Below are positions 12,719 to 24,975 of a stretch of 64,000 nt of DNA, piece by piece. Position numbers and translations under genes: made by a program. The stretch comes from Takakia lepidozioides (lineage: Eukaryota; Plantae; Bryophyta): assembly GCA_030704615.1 (NCBI GenBank), contig CM060734.1, forward strand, positions 40,734,001 to 40,798,000, given 5' to 3'. The notes beneath the pieces are model-generated. The model was not told where the DNA came from. It did no database searches and worked only from the letters and a program-made list of their open reading frames with translations. Positions within the stretch are counted from its first letter, which is position 1. Every line of letters begins with the position of its first letter.

Positions 12719-13620
12719 TGGGGACATCAACCTTGGAGCGTGGGGGAGGAAATGCATGCTTAGCCCGGCTTAGCTAGCTTAGGAATCCGATTGCAAAAAC
12801 TTGTATTGTACAAAATGTGCTATAAATGAAATGGATTCCAAATGTTGTGCGTCCTATTTTGTTTGGAATGGTGATGCATGGTATGGTTGGCTAGTGTGTA
12901 GAATGCATGCTAGCTTATAAAAGTGGGAGAGGTAAATTGGGTTAATCGTGTGTTTGCGTAGTGCCGAAATCGGGTGACCCCATCCAAGGGGCAAGGAAAC
13001 TTGCGCCTTCTTTGGGAGTTCACGTGCTAGTGCGCACCTGGCGCGTGCGCATACTATAACTGCGCTACCGAGGGGGTTGCCTTGTAGTGCGGGCTAACGC
13101 GGAAGCTACGTGCTTCCGTTCACGTACTATAATCGTGTAGCCTCGGGACGAAGTCGTAGTGCGGCTTCGGCGTGTTCCCGTACCTCAGGCCAGCATTCCA
13201 AGGCGGACCCAATTGTAGTGATTGGGGCGCACGGTTGGTTCAAGGTTATCTTCCTAGTCAAAGAGGGTTCCAGGGAACCCTTGCTCAAGATGATGCCAAA
13301 AGCGGCATCATGAGCGGTCGCAAGCAATGTTGTTGCAGTAAGGCGATTCGATCCTCAAGGAGGATTGTTCCTTGGCCTTGAAGTAGGCCAAGAAGAGTGC
13401 ACAGGGAGGAGCTTGAGAGGCTCCACCCTTGGCCGGGACTTGGAGGAAGTCGGCCGAACTAGCTAGTGGAGAGTAGAGTCAAGTGTGGGGTTTGGTTCTT
13501 TGCCATGGGACGCCATGGTACGGAAACAAACTCCTTGATGTGGGACGCCACAACTTGGATGTTCGTTTCTACAAAACGACAAGTCGATGAGGACATCGAC
13601 TCCCTGTTGGTAGGGGTGTG

Positions 13621-14209
13621 TGTCACGGCCCTTTGCCTTGAGGGCAGGGGGTCGGGACACATGAGGGGCTGCCCCTGTGGTGGGGGCAGCGGCAGCGATA
13701 GGTATGGGGGGCTGAGGCACCCTTGAGTGCCCAAGGCACTCAGGAGTCGTGGGGAGTCTTGGGACTCATCACGGTCCATAGGGGCCGTGGTGAGCGGGCC
13801 AAGACTCACCGTGACTCACCACCGGGAATCGAGGGTCTTCGTGGTGGTTCGCCATAAAATGGCATGGCTGGTTGTGAAACCCCCGCGGACAGCTACAGAA
13901 GTATATATAGGGAGTAGTAACCCCGAGAACGGTGCAAGCCCGTTGGTGACCAAAAGCTAGTGAGTAAGCGAGCGAGCCGGAAAGCGACCAAAGAGTGGGG
14001 AGCTGTTCCGGACTGCCATCTACCAAAGGGAATTCTCCTAGTCCCAATTAGGTGGAGGGTTTTAGAGGGAAGCGAAAGGGGACCGTTATGTCCCGGTGAG
14101 CAGCAGAAGCTCCAAGTTGGCCCGGGCGGCCAGGTTGGGAGTCAGGCGCGCGCATCAAAGCGAGTAACTATGACTTGAAGGGGAGTTTACCGAAGTGGGG
14201 TGCGCGACA
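13621..14209 (+). repeat. 3' LTR of chromovirus
   Basis: tgtcacggccc...gtgcgcgaca, preceded by a G-rich tract; carries an internal deletion relative to the 5' LTR. Confidence 0.96.
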
Positions 14210-14211
14210 CT

Positions 14212-15069
14212 GCAGCTGCCAGGTTGACGGAGCTGCCAGCTAGGCCAGCCTTTGAGCGCGCCATGGTGACACCTGAAGTTGTCTTGTTAGACAACCAGGA
14301 TGGCATTTTCTCTTTGAGTGGACCGGCAGGCAAGAGGTACCGGCCATTGCGGGTCTTGTTGGACTCGGGAGCTCAGCCACTGATGGACAGAGCTGCTATT
14401 GCAAGTTTGGGCCTCATGGAGGCGGATATGGAGCCTTGTCATTTCCAAATACAGACATCTCTGGGAGGATCAGAGCAGGCTTGGGGCATGACACGGCGTG
14501 AGTTGGCCATTAGGCTACAGCTGGATCATCTTATAGATGGCTCAGTGATGCGAGCCAATGCCATTGTGACAGATGCGGTCTCTTACGATGTCCTCATTGG
14601 TAGGGCAGTGTTATATCCCATGGGCTTCACCCTGGATTTTTGGGAGGAGTCGGCATCCTACAGGCCTGGATGGCAGTCAGGGGATGGTCGTCGTATACAA
14701 CTCCCTGTGACATTCATTGGGGGTGTTGCTGCTGCCCAGTGGGGCAAGATGCTAACACCAGCCGCCTTTACAGCTGCAGTTAGTTGGCCTGGAGAGTTGC
14801 TGGAGGGCAATGCCCATGCAGAGGATGTGCCACCTCCAGCAAAGCATGATGACATGCATGGTACGGCAGAGTTGTCTGCCATGATTGCTCACACTCCATT
14901 GTGGGGTACGAGCAAGGATTTGCAGCAGGCTGCTGATAGATGGGTGCAACAAGCCTGGGTAGAGGCATTTGTACCGTCACGAGAGGAGGAGAGTGCGGTG
15001 ATTGCACCAGGACCACCTCAGTTGTCGCCATTGGACACCACACCTCTTGTGTGGCAGTGCCCGGATGAA
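14212..15069 (+). pseudogene. Aspartic protease region of the DNMT-Gypsy polyprotein (continues in frame from 6912-7375)
   Basis: RVLLDSGAQPLM..SYDVLIG. The frame joins across the TSD (..PWQAA|AARLTELP). Confidence 0.88.
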
Positions 15070-16020
15070 GGCATATGCCTTCTGGACTTGTTTGGCGGGA
15101 TTAGCACTGGATTGGCTGCAGTGCTACAGGCAGGTGTACGAGTTCGACGTTACCTATATGTGTAGAGGGATGAGACTGCACGACGCGTCTCACTGCGCCA
15201 TGTTGCTCAGTTGGTGCAGCAGTACCCTGATTTGTTGCCAGTGTCTGCAGTTTGTGGATACCAACAAGCCTTGCCAGCAGACATCTCATTGCTGGGGGTG
15301 CATGATTTGGAGCGGGTTGGCCCTATTCACTTAGTAGTGGCAGGTTGGCCCTGCCAAGGGCTTTCATCAGCTGGGTATGGCAATGGGTTACAAGACTCAA
15401 GGTCACGCCTGTTTTGGGAGATCTTGAGGGTCCTGCGCTATTTACAGCTTCAGCAGACAGACTCTCCGGCATATATCTTGGAGAATGTGCCATTGATGGG
15501 TGATTCTCGGGCCAAGGTGATGGCCAGTGTACATCAAGTGCGGTCTTGGCTTGGGTCAGCAGTGTTGCTGGATGCAGTTGCAGTGGGGTCACGGGCTCAT
15601 CGCCCACGACTATGGTGGACCAACTTGATGTCACCTGCATTGCTCAAGCGTGCATTTGATGGGGTGCAGCGGCCACCAAACCTGACGGTGGATAGCATTT
15701 TGGACATAGGGAGGCAGTCTCGGCGTGTGAGACACGATGACCAATCACCTTTGGCAGTGGTCAATAAGGTGGGTCACCCACAAGCAGCATTGCCTACACT
15801 GCTCAGTTTTCCAGGATCTCATGCTTTCCGGGATGGTGGACCTGGCCTCTTGTGGGATAGCCAATTGCAGCAATTAGTGGAGCCCAATGCTGACGAGCGC
15901 GAGCGGGCAATGGGTTTCACGACTGGTACCACGGCGGTGCCCTCTCTTTCTGAGGCATCACGTCGTCAGGTGTTGGGGCAAGCAATGGATCTCAATTGCT
16001 TGACCCGGATCATCAGCTTG
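15070..16020 (+). pseudogene. C5 cytosine DNA methyltransferase domain (DNMT3-like motifs) embedded in retrotransposon pol
   Basis: Motif I LLDLFGGISTG; II YLYV*RD (one TAG where E is expected); IV GWPCQ with catalytic Cys at 15352; VI ILENV at 15481; VIII AHRPRLWWTNL at 15601; IX ERERAMGF; X RRQVLGQAM. Same frame as the protease upstream and RT downstream. Confidence 0.93.
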
Positions 16021-16449
16021 GCTATGGCTGAGCAGCGCAGAGTGCAAAGTACACTTCCCTTCATGGTCTCCCTGCCTACCGAGATGGTACAGGCAGCGAG
16101 TGGGGGTGAGCAGGTGGGGACCACGAGGTGCAGGCCGCATCCATGGCACACGTGGGAGGTGCTCGAGGTTCAGAAGGAGTTGGCAGCCAAGGTGGCGGTG
16201 ATGGATCAGGTTGGGGATTTTTCTCGGATTGAGGAGGTCCTCAAGGATGGGATGATGGGGCAGGATGAGACATTGTCACTGACAGAGGAGGAAGTGGTCA
16301 CTGCTCAAGAGGTTGCAGCATAGCAACCACGGGACGCATCTTCTACCTCTAAGCCTGCTGGACTCAAGGTTGCAGTCATGGAGGACAACTAGGAGCCTGA
16401 TGTTGGACCTATAGTCACCGGAGGAGAGAGACGACGTATACGGCGGTTC

Positions 16450-18020
16450 TTGAGGGCTTACAGGAACTACTTTGCCTTCAGTTTGAAGGACTTAGGAGCA
16501 CTGAAGGGTCAAGAGATTCGCATTGAATTGGCTACTGACATGCCAATCTTTCGGAGACCCTATAGATACAGTGACATGGAGAGGTCCTTGATTCAGATGA
16601 GAACTCAGGACCTTTGGGAGGCTGGTTTGGTGGAGCTATCTGGGGGAGAGTATGCTTCAGCCACAGTGATGCCAGCCAAGAAGGATGTCTTTGGCAATTG
16701 GACGGAGAGACGTATGTGCGGTGATTACCGGCCTGTAAATCGTCAGACCAAGTCCGATAGGTATGCCATGCCAACACCAGAGGAGATCTTTGATGCCATT
16801 GGGCATGCCAAGGTCTTTAGTACGTTGGATTTACGATCCGGATATCACCAGTTGCCGATCAAGGAGGCGGATAAGCAAAAGACGGCATTCTGGGGGATCA
16901 ATGAGCACGGGAATGATTGCCTATACCAGTGGCGGTTCTTACCATTTGGGCTTAAGAACGTTCCGGCAGAGTTTCAGAGAGTCATGGACAGGATCCTAGT
17001 AGGGGTGGAGTTTGCTCGGTGCTACATATATGACATCATCATCTTTAGTACTACGGTGGAGGAGCATGAGAGACACATTCAGGTGGTATTTGAGCGGTTG
17101 AGGGCGCACGGATTGAAGTTACATCCGGGGAAGTGCAAGTTTTTCCACAACCAGATTGAGTATCTGGGTCACATGATATATCCTGGAGGATTGGGGGTAC
17201 AACAGACTAAGGTAGAGGCCATTGCACAGATTCCACGCCCCATGGATGTGAGCCGAGTTCGAGCTTTCATGGGGTTGGCAAACTATTATAGACGGTTTGT
17301 CAAAGGATTTAGTGCCATTGCAAAGGCTCTAATCAAACTAACCAAGATGGACCAGGAGTGGCAGTGGGAAGATGAGCAAGAACAAGCTTTTCAAGAGCTC
17401 AAGGCGAGGTTGACCTCGGCGCCTATCTTGAGACGACCTATCAGGGGGCGTCCTTTTCAGCTGCATACAGATTGGAGCATGTTGGGGCTTGGAGCGGTGC
17501 TCACACAGGTGGATGATGAGGGAAGAGAGTTCGTAGTGGCTTATGCTAGCCGCTCGAACAACGTTGCAGAGTCTAAGTATAGCTCATATGAGGGAGAATG
17601 CTTAGCTGCAGTGTGGGCCGTGGCACACTTTAGGTGCTATCTATACGGCAATCTCTTCACCCTTGTCACGGATCACCAACCGCTCAAGTGGTTGATGGAG
17701 TTAGACAAGCTTACGGGGAAGCTTGCACGGTGGGCACTCATCCTTCAAGAGTATGACTTTCAGGTTGTGCATCGACCGGGTTTGGTCAATGGGGATGCAG
17801 ATGGATTGAGTCGCAATCCATGCACGAGCTAGCAAGATGACACTGGAGCTCGGTGGCATGGTGAGACGGACGAGGAGGTGGTGCCCAGATGGCATGCATC
17901 TGCATTTCTGTGTATCTTGGCAGCGGAAGGCCAGGTTGAACCTGCAACAGGGATGACTGTAGATCAAGTGTCTGAGGACCCTGAGGCCAGCAATGAGCAA
18001 GGTGGCGCCAAAGATATACA
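16450..18020 (+). pseudogene. Reverse transcriptase plus RNase H of the DNMT-Gypsy element
   Basis: [38 protein letters not shown] (YxDD mutated to YIYD); RNase H LHTDWS..YASRSN..EGECLA..TDHQPL..ADGLSR. TAG at 17830, then linker to EQGGAKDIH. Confidence 0.95.
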
Positions 18021-19635
18021 TGACGGCTGCAACAGACTCCAGTGGTAGTGCTGCCCCACACATAAATCCCATGCCTCCCATGTCTCCTCCGTCAGGATGA
18101 CGCTGCTGAGGAAGAACAGGAGGTGGACCCTCAGGTCTTGGAGCTGGTACCACCTGAGCTGTGGCCATGGCAGCAAGCCTTTGCTCTAGCTGCTGAAGCC
18201 GGTTGGCCATACCTTTGTCAACACCCTGACCTCCACGTCCTTGGCCATACTATGCTTGCCCTCGTCCTGCACCTCGTGCCTGAGCACCTCGTCCTCTCTG
18301 AGGTGCTCCACCTGGCCCTCGGCCACCATTGTTCCCTTGGAACTAGCCTCGCCGCAACTCATGGTGCAAGTCATAACACTGGGCATCTTCATGCCCATAT
18401 TTGCCACAATGCCCACACTGCAACTGTGCAGGCTGTGCTTGTGCCAACCCTTTGCCACTTTTTGGGCAATCTTTCTTGACATGGGGTCCTCCACATGTCC
18501 AACATACCACCCCTGGTTGCTGTTGGCCTGCAAAAGAAGCTACTGGCCTCTGCCCCTGAGGTCCCCTGTAAGCTCCATGGAATTTGGGTTGGGAAACCTT
18601 GCCCCCCTGACCATGCTGTTGGGCAGTCCCTTGTGCCTGTTGGCTGGCAGCTGCGCCTCGTGTAGGCATGTCTTTGCCAAATCCAATGGTAACAACTCGC
18701 TCCTCTACCATGTTGAGCTCAATCCGCTCAGCCAGCAGAAACACATCTGCTAATGTGGGTTGGGCTGATTGTAACAGGGTTGCATCCTGCACCCTTCTCC
18801 TGAGCTCCTTGTCCAAAATTCCATACCAGAATTGGATTGCCTGAGCTTCAGTAACCCCTTGGGTCACACTTATCAAGCGCCTCATACGAGCGTAGGCCTC
18901 TCGCAAGCTCTCACTGGATTTGCGCTGGAAGTCTTGCAAACTTCGCAGCTTCTCTATCCGTACACCTTGGTAGTTCCTTCGCAACTCCTGGAAGAACTCC
19001 ACCACTGGGCTGAATCTAGGCACATATGTTGTAGTCGTGGCAGGAGGAGTAGGAGCACCTTCTGCAGAAGTACCGGCACTACTTGTTCCACTACTAGTGC
19101 TGGCCGTGGGAGATATTGGTGCTGATGCCGCTACTGGTCGCGTTGTGCCTCGAGTAATGGAGACGTGGTCAGGTGACCAATACATCCTCCACTCCTCAAT
19201 CTCTGCTTCATGTCCTCGCCTGAACTCGTGGTAATCGTCCATAGGCGGGCCTTTCAAATGCTGGAACAATCCCTTCCACGCCATGAATGGGATGAACAGA
19301 TGTGGATTGCGCATCTGCTGCAAATCACACCAGCTGTCGAACTCCTGGATAAAGTCATCCAGCTCGATTGTGCCCACAACTCCAGAGTACCTACGAGGCC
19401 CATTGGTAGCTCCATACATCTCCTCCATGTCGTCCCACAATAATGACGAAGAAAACTGCACACTTGTTGATGAAGCCTCCGGGTCTGTGTCAGACTCTAC
19501 AGTAGTCGAGGGTGGAGGTGAAGGTGGTCTGAACCGAATACCTCGTCTTGTGAACCCACTCTCACTGCTACTGCCTGTAGCCATACTCCCCTCACAACCC
19601 TTGGGTAACTCCGTGATGACACTCACAACGTGCAC
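18021..19635 (-). pseudogene. gag of the DNMT-Gypsy element (two CCHC knuckles, RG-rich tail)
   Basis: RYSG..ELDDFIQEFDSWCD..FQRKSSESLREAYARMRRL; knuckles CWTCGGPHVKKDC and CGHCGKYGHEDAQC. Continues in frame through stops to ..LESVAAVM at about 18021. Confidence 0.88.
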
Positions 19636-21642
19636 CTCCCCTACGTGACACTATAAGGCTCTAGTACTAATTCTAATAGTGACACGGGTGGGCACCTGTT
19701 GCAATTTAAGGGTCATATCCCAGTGGCTCAGGGCACCTACACCTGCATCCACGGCAAGAACTCCTATGGTTGGCTGGTCATCATTCCAGTCTCACCATAG
19801 AAGAAACACCGGTGGTCTTGCTGGTCATCACTCCAGCCTCACCACCGACAGCATACTCTAGGATTGACCGGTGATCAAATCCAGCCTAATCCCTATGAAA
19901 ACAAGCGCCCACACAAAACCAACATGGCGCACAGTCAAGCATGCAGGTGTTGGGGGGGATCCAAACACAAGAAATCAAAACATCAACACCCCCACACCAA
20001 AATCCATTTGCAGTGCTGATCCTGCAGAATATCCCAGCCCAAAAACCCCGGACTGACTGGCCTCCACCAAGAGAGGCTTTGGCAACTACAAGTACAAAGT
20101 AATGAAAATAATAAAGAGAAGGAGGGGAAGAATAGAGGCCCAACCAAGCAAGATCTAATCCTGATCTATGCTATGAACTGCCAGACTTCCCTCAAAGTGC
20201 CTCGCTCTACATGATGGTAAGGTGTAGGAGGTATATCTATGTCCAGAAACCTGCCACTAACCTTATCCCAAGCTACAGTAGCTTGCTCTAACCAACCCTC
20301 CTCCTCTCTCTACCAGGTAGAGACAAAGCAATACTCCCCTATCTCCCGCTCACTGAATACTAAAGAAAATAAAGGTAGGGTCTGACAGTCTCTCAACTCA
20401 AAAGCTTTGAGACGGTTGCGGGTGTCTGCATCTCCTTCAAGCAGAACAAACTTTTCATTGCTAATGAACCCCCGCTCGTGGTTGCCTTGTGCAGAGCGTG
20501 TCCGGCTGCAACCATGTCTGATTGCACAAACTTGTGTAGCTCCTGCTCCTCTGCTCCAATACACCACGGCCTTGTGGCTGAACACCTTGGTCCCTGGGGC
20601 TGTCTTTGGCTGTGTTCCAAGCCTAGCTTCCACCCACTTTGGTATTTCACCTACAGCTGCAGAACTGCTTGCTCCAACAGAGTTCTAACTGTCCAAAGCA
20701 ATATTGAGGCCCTCAATGCCAAGTACTGTAGTTTGTTGTCTATTGCTAATGCCTGACTCCCACTATGCAATCAACTCGTCCAACTGCTCTCCATTCACAT
20801 CAGTCTGAGTTCCTTGAGAAACATAAATCTTGTCTCCTTGTGTGCACAGGCTAAGAGAAGAGACCTGCCCTTCAATTACGTCCTCATTTCCCCCAGCCAT
20901 ACAAGGAGGACATCCACAGATTTGTCTCTCATGTAGACCACAACAGGTTCTAGAAACAGAATGTGGATCTTTCATAGCACACTCACACTCACACTCAAAA
21001 AATTCCATAGATTTTTAGCAGAGTCCAAAAAACTAAAACCAGGTCTAGATAGGTAGATTTCCCCTTTCTACAGCTATCCCCTCAAAAACGCCTCTCATTT
21101 TAAGATAATAGGGTCTTCAATGGGCACGTGCGATGTGGCCGGTGGGCCGCGCGCACGGACGCCCGGCTCCCCAGCACCCCGCCCGCCCCGCCCGCCGCTG
21201 CGCGCGGTCGCCCTGCCGCGGGCGTGGTTGCAGCAACCGCGCCCGCGCGGCTAGTCCCCCGCCCATGAGTCCGCTACCCTCCAGTCTGCCAGTCCGCTGC
21301 TGGCCAGTCTGCTGCCCAGCAGTCTGCTAGTCCGCCAGTCTGCCCGCCAGTCCGGTGTTGGCCAGTCCGGTGCCCAGCAGTCTGCCAGTCTGCCAGTCTG
21401 TCCGCCAGTCCGCTGGCCAGTCCCCTGCCATCCAGTCCGCTGACGGCGCATGATCGCCACCGTCCATTCCCATAACCCATCCGAGCCCTCCATTTTTAGG
21501 GCTGCAATTCAAACCTGCATCCCTGCCACTTGCCAGCAGCCGCGAACATGCGCACTGTTCTCCTGGCACGTTGTCGATCGTGTCCTGTACTGCGGCGCGT
21601 TTCTTGCATGTTCAAAAGCGTGTCCTTTGTATTGTATAGGGC

Positions 21643-24600
21643 ATGGACGTGGAAGCAAAACCCGATGATATACTGATCACGGAAAGCCCGCTTATACGGC
21701 CTCTTCAACAATGTTTGCAAACAACAAAACCAAGACCCTTCAACAGGAAGGATCTCCATTGGAAGAGTGAGACGCAATATGGGTTTATGGGTGTGCAAGT
21801 GAATGTTGAAAAGGCCTGCATACCTTGGGATAGAGTTGGTGACTTCGTCGTGGGAGAGGAGAGTTTGGAGGACTACCCCACTCAGTTTTGGGTGAATGTC
21901 CATTCTAAAGTGGAACCCGGCTCGCGAAAAGCACCCAGAGCCAACACATTTCTGTCCAGTATTATGTGTGCACCATCCTCAGTCCTTTTGACGTTTCATT
22001 GCATGTCTATTGCCATTTTTTGTTTCACGAGTTCTTTGATTTTATGCTTCCTCAAGTCGTTGGATATCGATTTTAGAATTTTCTGTCCAAGTATCAATGC
22101 TGCTACGGTCCTGATGACAAGCACACCAACAAGGCAATAGTGGAGGATCCAAAACAGAAGCGTGGAGGACCTCTTGTGGGTGTTGGAACATCTTGCCCTC
22201 ATAAAGGCTCAAGGAGAAAGAAGTTGGAGTATGGAGAGTCTTACAAACGTGGTTGCCAATGCTGTTTCAAGGTCCAGCAACTGACATCTGTGTCCTCACG
22301 TACTACAACAACATGGAGCATACAGATGCGCAAGGAAAACCCTCGCATGGGAAGTCCGCAGAGTTCAGGAACACCCGCCACGCCTATGCACCACACATTA
22401 GCGAGGAATTGAAATCCTGGGTCGTCGAGTGTTTGTGCGAGGCCTGTCGGTCGCCCAAATCATGATGGAGCATAAAGAGCACGTGATGAACAACACCGGC
22501 TTGGGCGATGCATGGACCCGCGATGATTTCTTGTTGGAGCAAGATGTTCGCAACCTTGCCGAGAAACGTGCGTGGCAAACCTTCAAAAAGCACGCCGATG
22601 ATGCAGAGAGTGTGCGCATGTGGAGAGACCAGAATCCTGCGTCCGTTTTTTTCTATCAAGAGGAGAAATTAGAGCCAACATTCGAGCATTTTGATGGAGA
22701 TTTGACATTCACTATTGGCATACAGACTCCGTGGCAGAAACGACGAATGCTGGAACTAGGACATGACCGTATCGTTGCATGTGATGCAACATTTGGGACA
22801 AATCATGACAAGGTACTATTCGAACGATTCCATGGACTTGTACGAGCATGATAGCATAGTACCATGCAACATTCACATAAAATTTGGTGTGCTGACCCTT
22901 TCTGTATGTTTTCATGTGTACGTTGCGGAAGACCGAGGGGCAGACCCATTGTGAACCGCTGCAGACCTCATCACTCTTATGAAGTCTTCTCGTGCAGAAC
23001 TGAGCGAAATTTGCATGCTCTGACCATCTTACATTGTGCATTTCAACAGTTCCCATTGTACACGTTGATGGTCTTCGACGAGTGGTTGAACGGTATACCA
23101 GTTGCCTATATCCTATCCGCGAGGAATCGGACAAGAGACCTGGTTCCGTGGATGAGAGCCTTGCGCGATTCACTCCTCGCAGATTTGCCGAGCTGGCGAC
23201 CCAATGCCTTCATTGTGGACGATGCCGAAGCAGAAATCAACGCTATTCGGTAAGTTTGTTGGTCCACAGTACCGGTCCATTGCCGAGGTCCACTGCAGCA
23301 GTCCATTGCTACAGTCCAGTGGCAAACTCCTGTGGCGAAACCCGATGGCAGTTCGCTGGGCAAATCCACTGGTAGTCCGCTGTCAAGTCCGCTCATCCGT
23401 CCCCTGGAAAGTCTGCTGGCAGTCCCCGACAAGTCCACTTGGCAGTCCGCTGCCAAGTCCGCTGCCAAGTCCACTCAGCAGTCCCTGGGGTCGGCCGTCC
23501 GCTGCCAAGTCCACTCTGGCAGTCCACCATTGCAGTCCGATCCCAAGACTCTAATGTGTACCATGTGTGTTGTGCATAATTGTTTTTGAAGGAGTACTCA
23601 TTTTCCTCTGCCTTTGGCATGTCCGCAAGGCATGGGTGAAGCAATCATGCAAGAAAACGAAGGATCCAGTGACCGCTGTAAACTTGTTGAAGGATATGGG
23701 AGACCTCATGTACTGTAGAGGGGGACCACGCAACGAGAAAAGAGCGCTTCGGTGGGTTGCAAAGAGAATCCGTCGTATGAGGTCAAAATACCTGAAAGGA
23801 CATGAATTTCTTGACTATATCGAACAGTACTGGAAGCCCAAAATAGTAATGTGGTGTACAGCAGCCCGCCATGTCCCTCATGCGAGCCAAGACACAAACG
23901 CAAGCATTGAGGCATACCATGGAAATCTGAAGGCAAGACTTGCCATGGGGAAATGCAAGATGAGTGGTCGTAGAGTGGACTGGCTTATATGGGAACTCAC
24001 TGGCCGTGTGCTAACACACTACTGGTACGCAATCCATTTGAAGACCCACGGGTTCATAAGAAATGACAAACACGAAAAGTACATATCCAGTTCTATAATT
24101 GCGGCACGAAACATTCCTGCTGAGAGTATTACTCTTCCCTTGGGTCCTGGTGAACCAGCCTACGTTCTCAGCAACAACCACCCCAACACAACATACATTG
24201 TTTACAATCCTGATTGCGATTGGGGTTGTTGCACGTGCCCATGGGCAATGAAGGGAAACTTATGCAAGCATCAGGTCCGTGTCCTGAAGATGCTTCACCC
24301 TGACCTGCAGGATGGCCTCCTGTGCGCGCTTGTGGCACGGCGCTGGAACCATTCATGGAGGATTACCTAACTTGCTCTTGGGCAATGGTGCCAGCGGCAA
24401 CGACGAATCCAATCAGTTCATGGAAAGACATCCTCCGGACGACTTCCCCTACGACGAGGCACCTCTGGAGGTCTCAGCCTCAATGGAACAAGAATTCGCG
24501 GACATACTTCGCATTGTAGGTGATGACAAATACCTGGAGGCACATGCCCGATCTGCTCTTCATATGTGCAGAGGGCAGCTCGTTGATATCCTGACGAAAA

Positions 24601-24830
24601 GTGCGGCTGGAATGTTGCACCCTGCGGCAGCGAAGGCTTTCCGTCCTCTGAACGACAACAACAACATGTCTCTGAAAAGGAGACGAGATTTCGTGGAGGC
24701 CTGGAAAACCCGGCCTAGGGTTTTGCGGAGAACCAGCAAGAGGGTGTCTGCACCTGCACCTGCAACACATATATACTCGAAAATTCGCAAGGTTTCAGGT
24801 CGTGTAGATGTCACAAAGAAGACAATATAA
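21643..24830 (+). mobile_element. MULE (Mutator-like) transposase gene with SWIM domain, intron-containing, degenerate
   Basis: YQCCYGPDD, KRGCQCCF, CDATFGTNHDK|FPLYTLMVFD (GT-AG intron 22813-23049), FIVDDAEAEINAIR (donor at 23250), FLCLWHVRKAW (CxxH), TNASIEAYH, SWIM CCTCPWAMKGNLCKH. Frameshifts present. Confidence 0.9.
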
Positions 24831-24975
24831 GTCTGCAATGCCTCGAAAAGAGACAAGGTTTCACGTCGTGTAGGTGTCACGAAGAAGACAATATAAGTCT
24901 GCAATTCCTCGAAAAGAGACAAGGCTTCACGTCGTGTAGGTGTCACGAAGAAGACAATATAAGTCTGCAATTCCT
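24793..24975. repeat. Tandem repeat, ~66-bp unit, about 2.8 copies
   Basis: ttcacgtcgtgtaggtgtcacgaagaagacaatataagtctgcaattcctcgaaaagagacaagg repeated head to tail with no spacers. Confidence 0.9.

Larger units (their letters stand above)
7376..14209 (+). mobile_element. Full-length Ty3/Gypsy chromovirus (Galadriel/Tcn1-like) nested in the DNMT-Gypsy element
   Basis: Paired TG..CA LTRs at 7376-8099 and 13621-14209. 5-bp TSD CTGCA at 7371-7375 and 14210-14214. tRNA-Met PBS. gag, PR, RT, RH, IN and chromodomain present. Confidence 0.97.

Noticed and set aside
15070-16020. Host DNMT3/DRM gene or bacterial restriction-modification MTase
   Set aside because: Intronless and in frame between protease and RT; motif order is not permuted as in DRM; no UBA/PWWP domain or endonuclease partner.
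19640-21100. 5' LTR and PBS of the DNMT-Gypsy element
   Set aside because: No copy of the 5372-5456 LTR segment and no convincing PBS; the 5' end appears lost or unrecognisable.
24793-24975. Possible CRISPR-like array
   Set aside because: Units are contiguous near-identical tandem copies without unique spacers; eukaryotic context, no cas genes.
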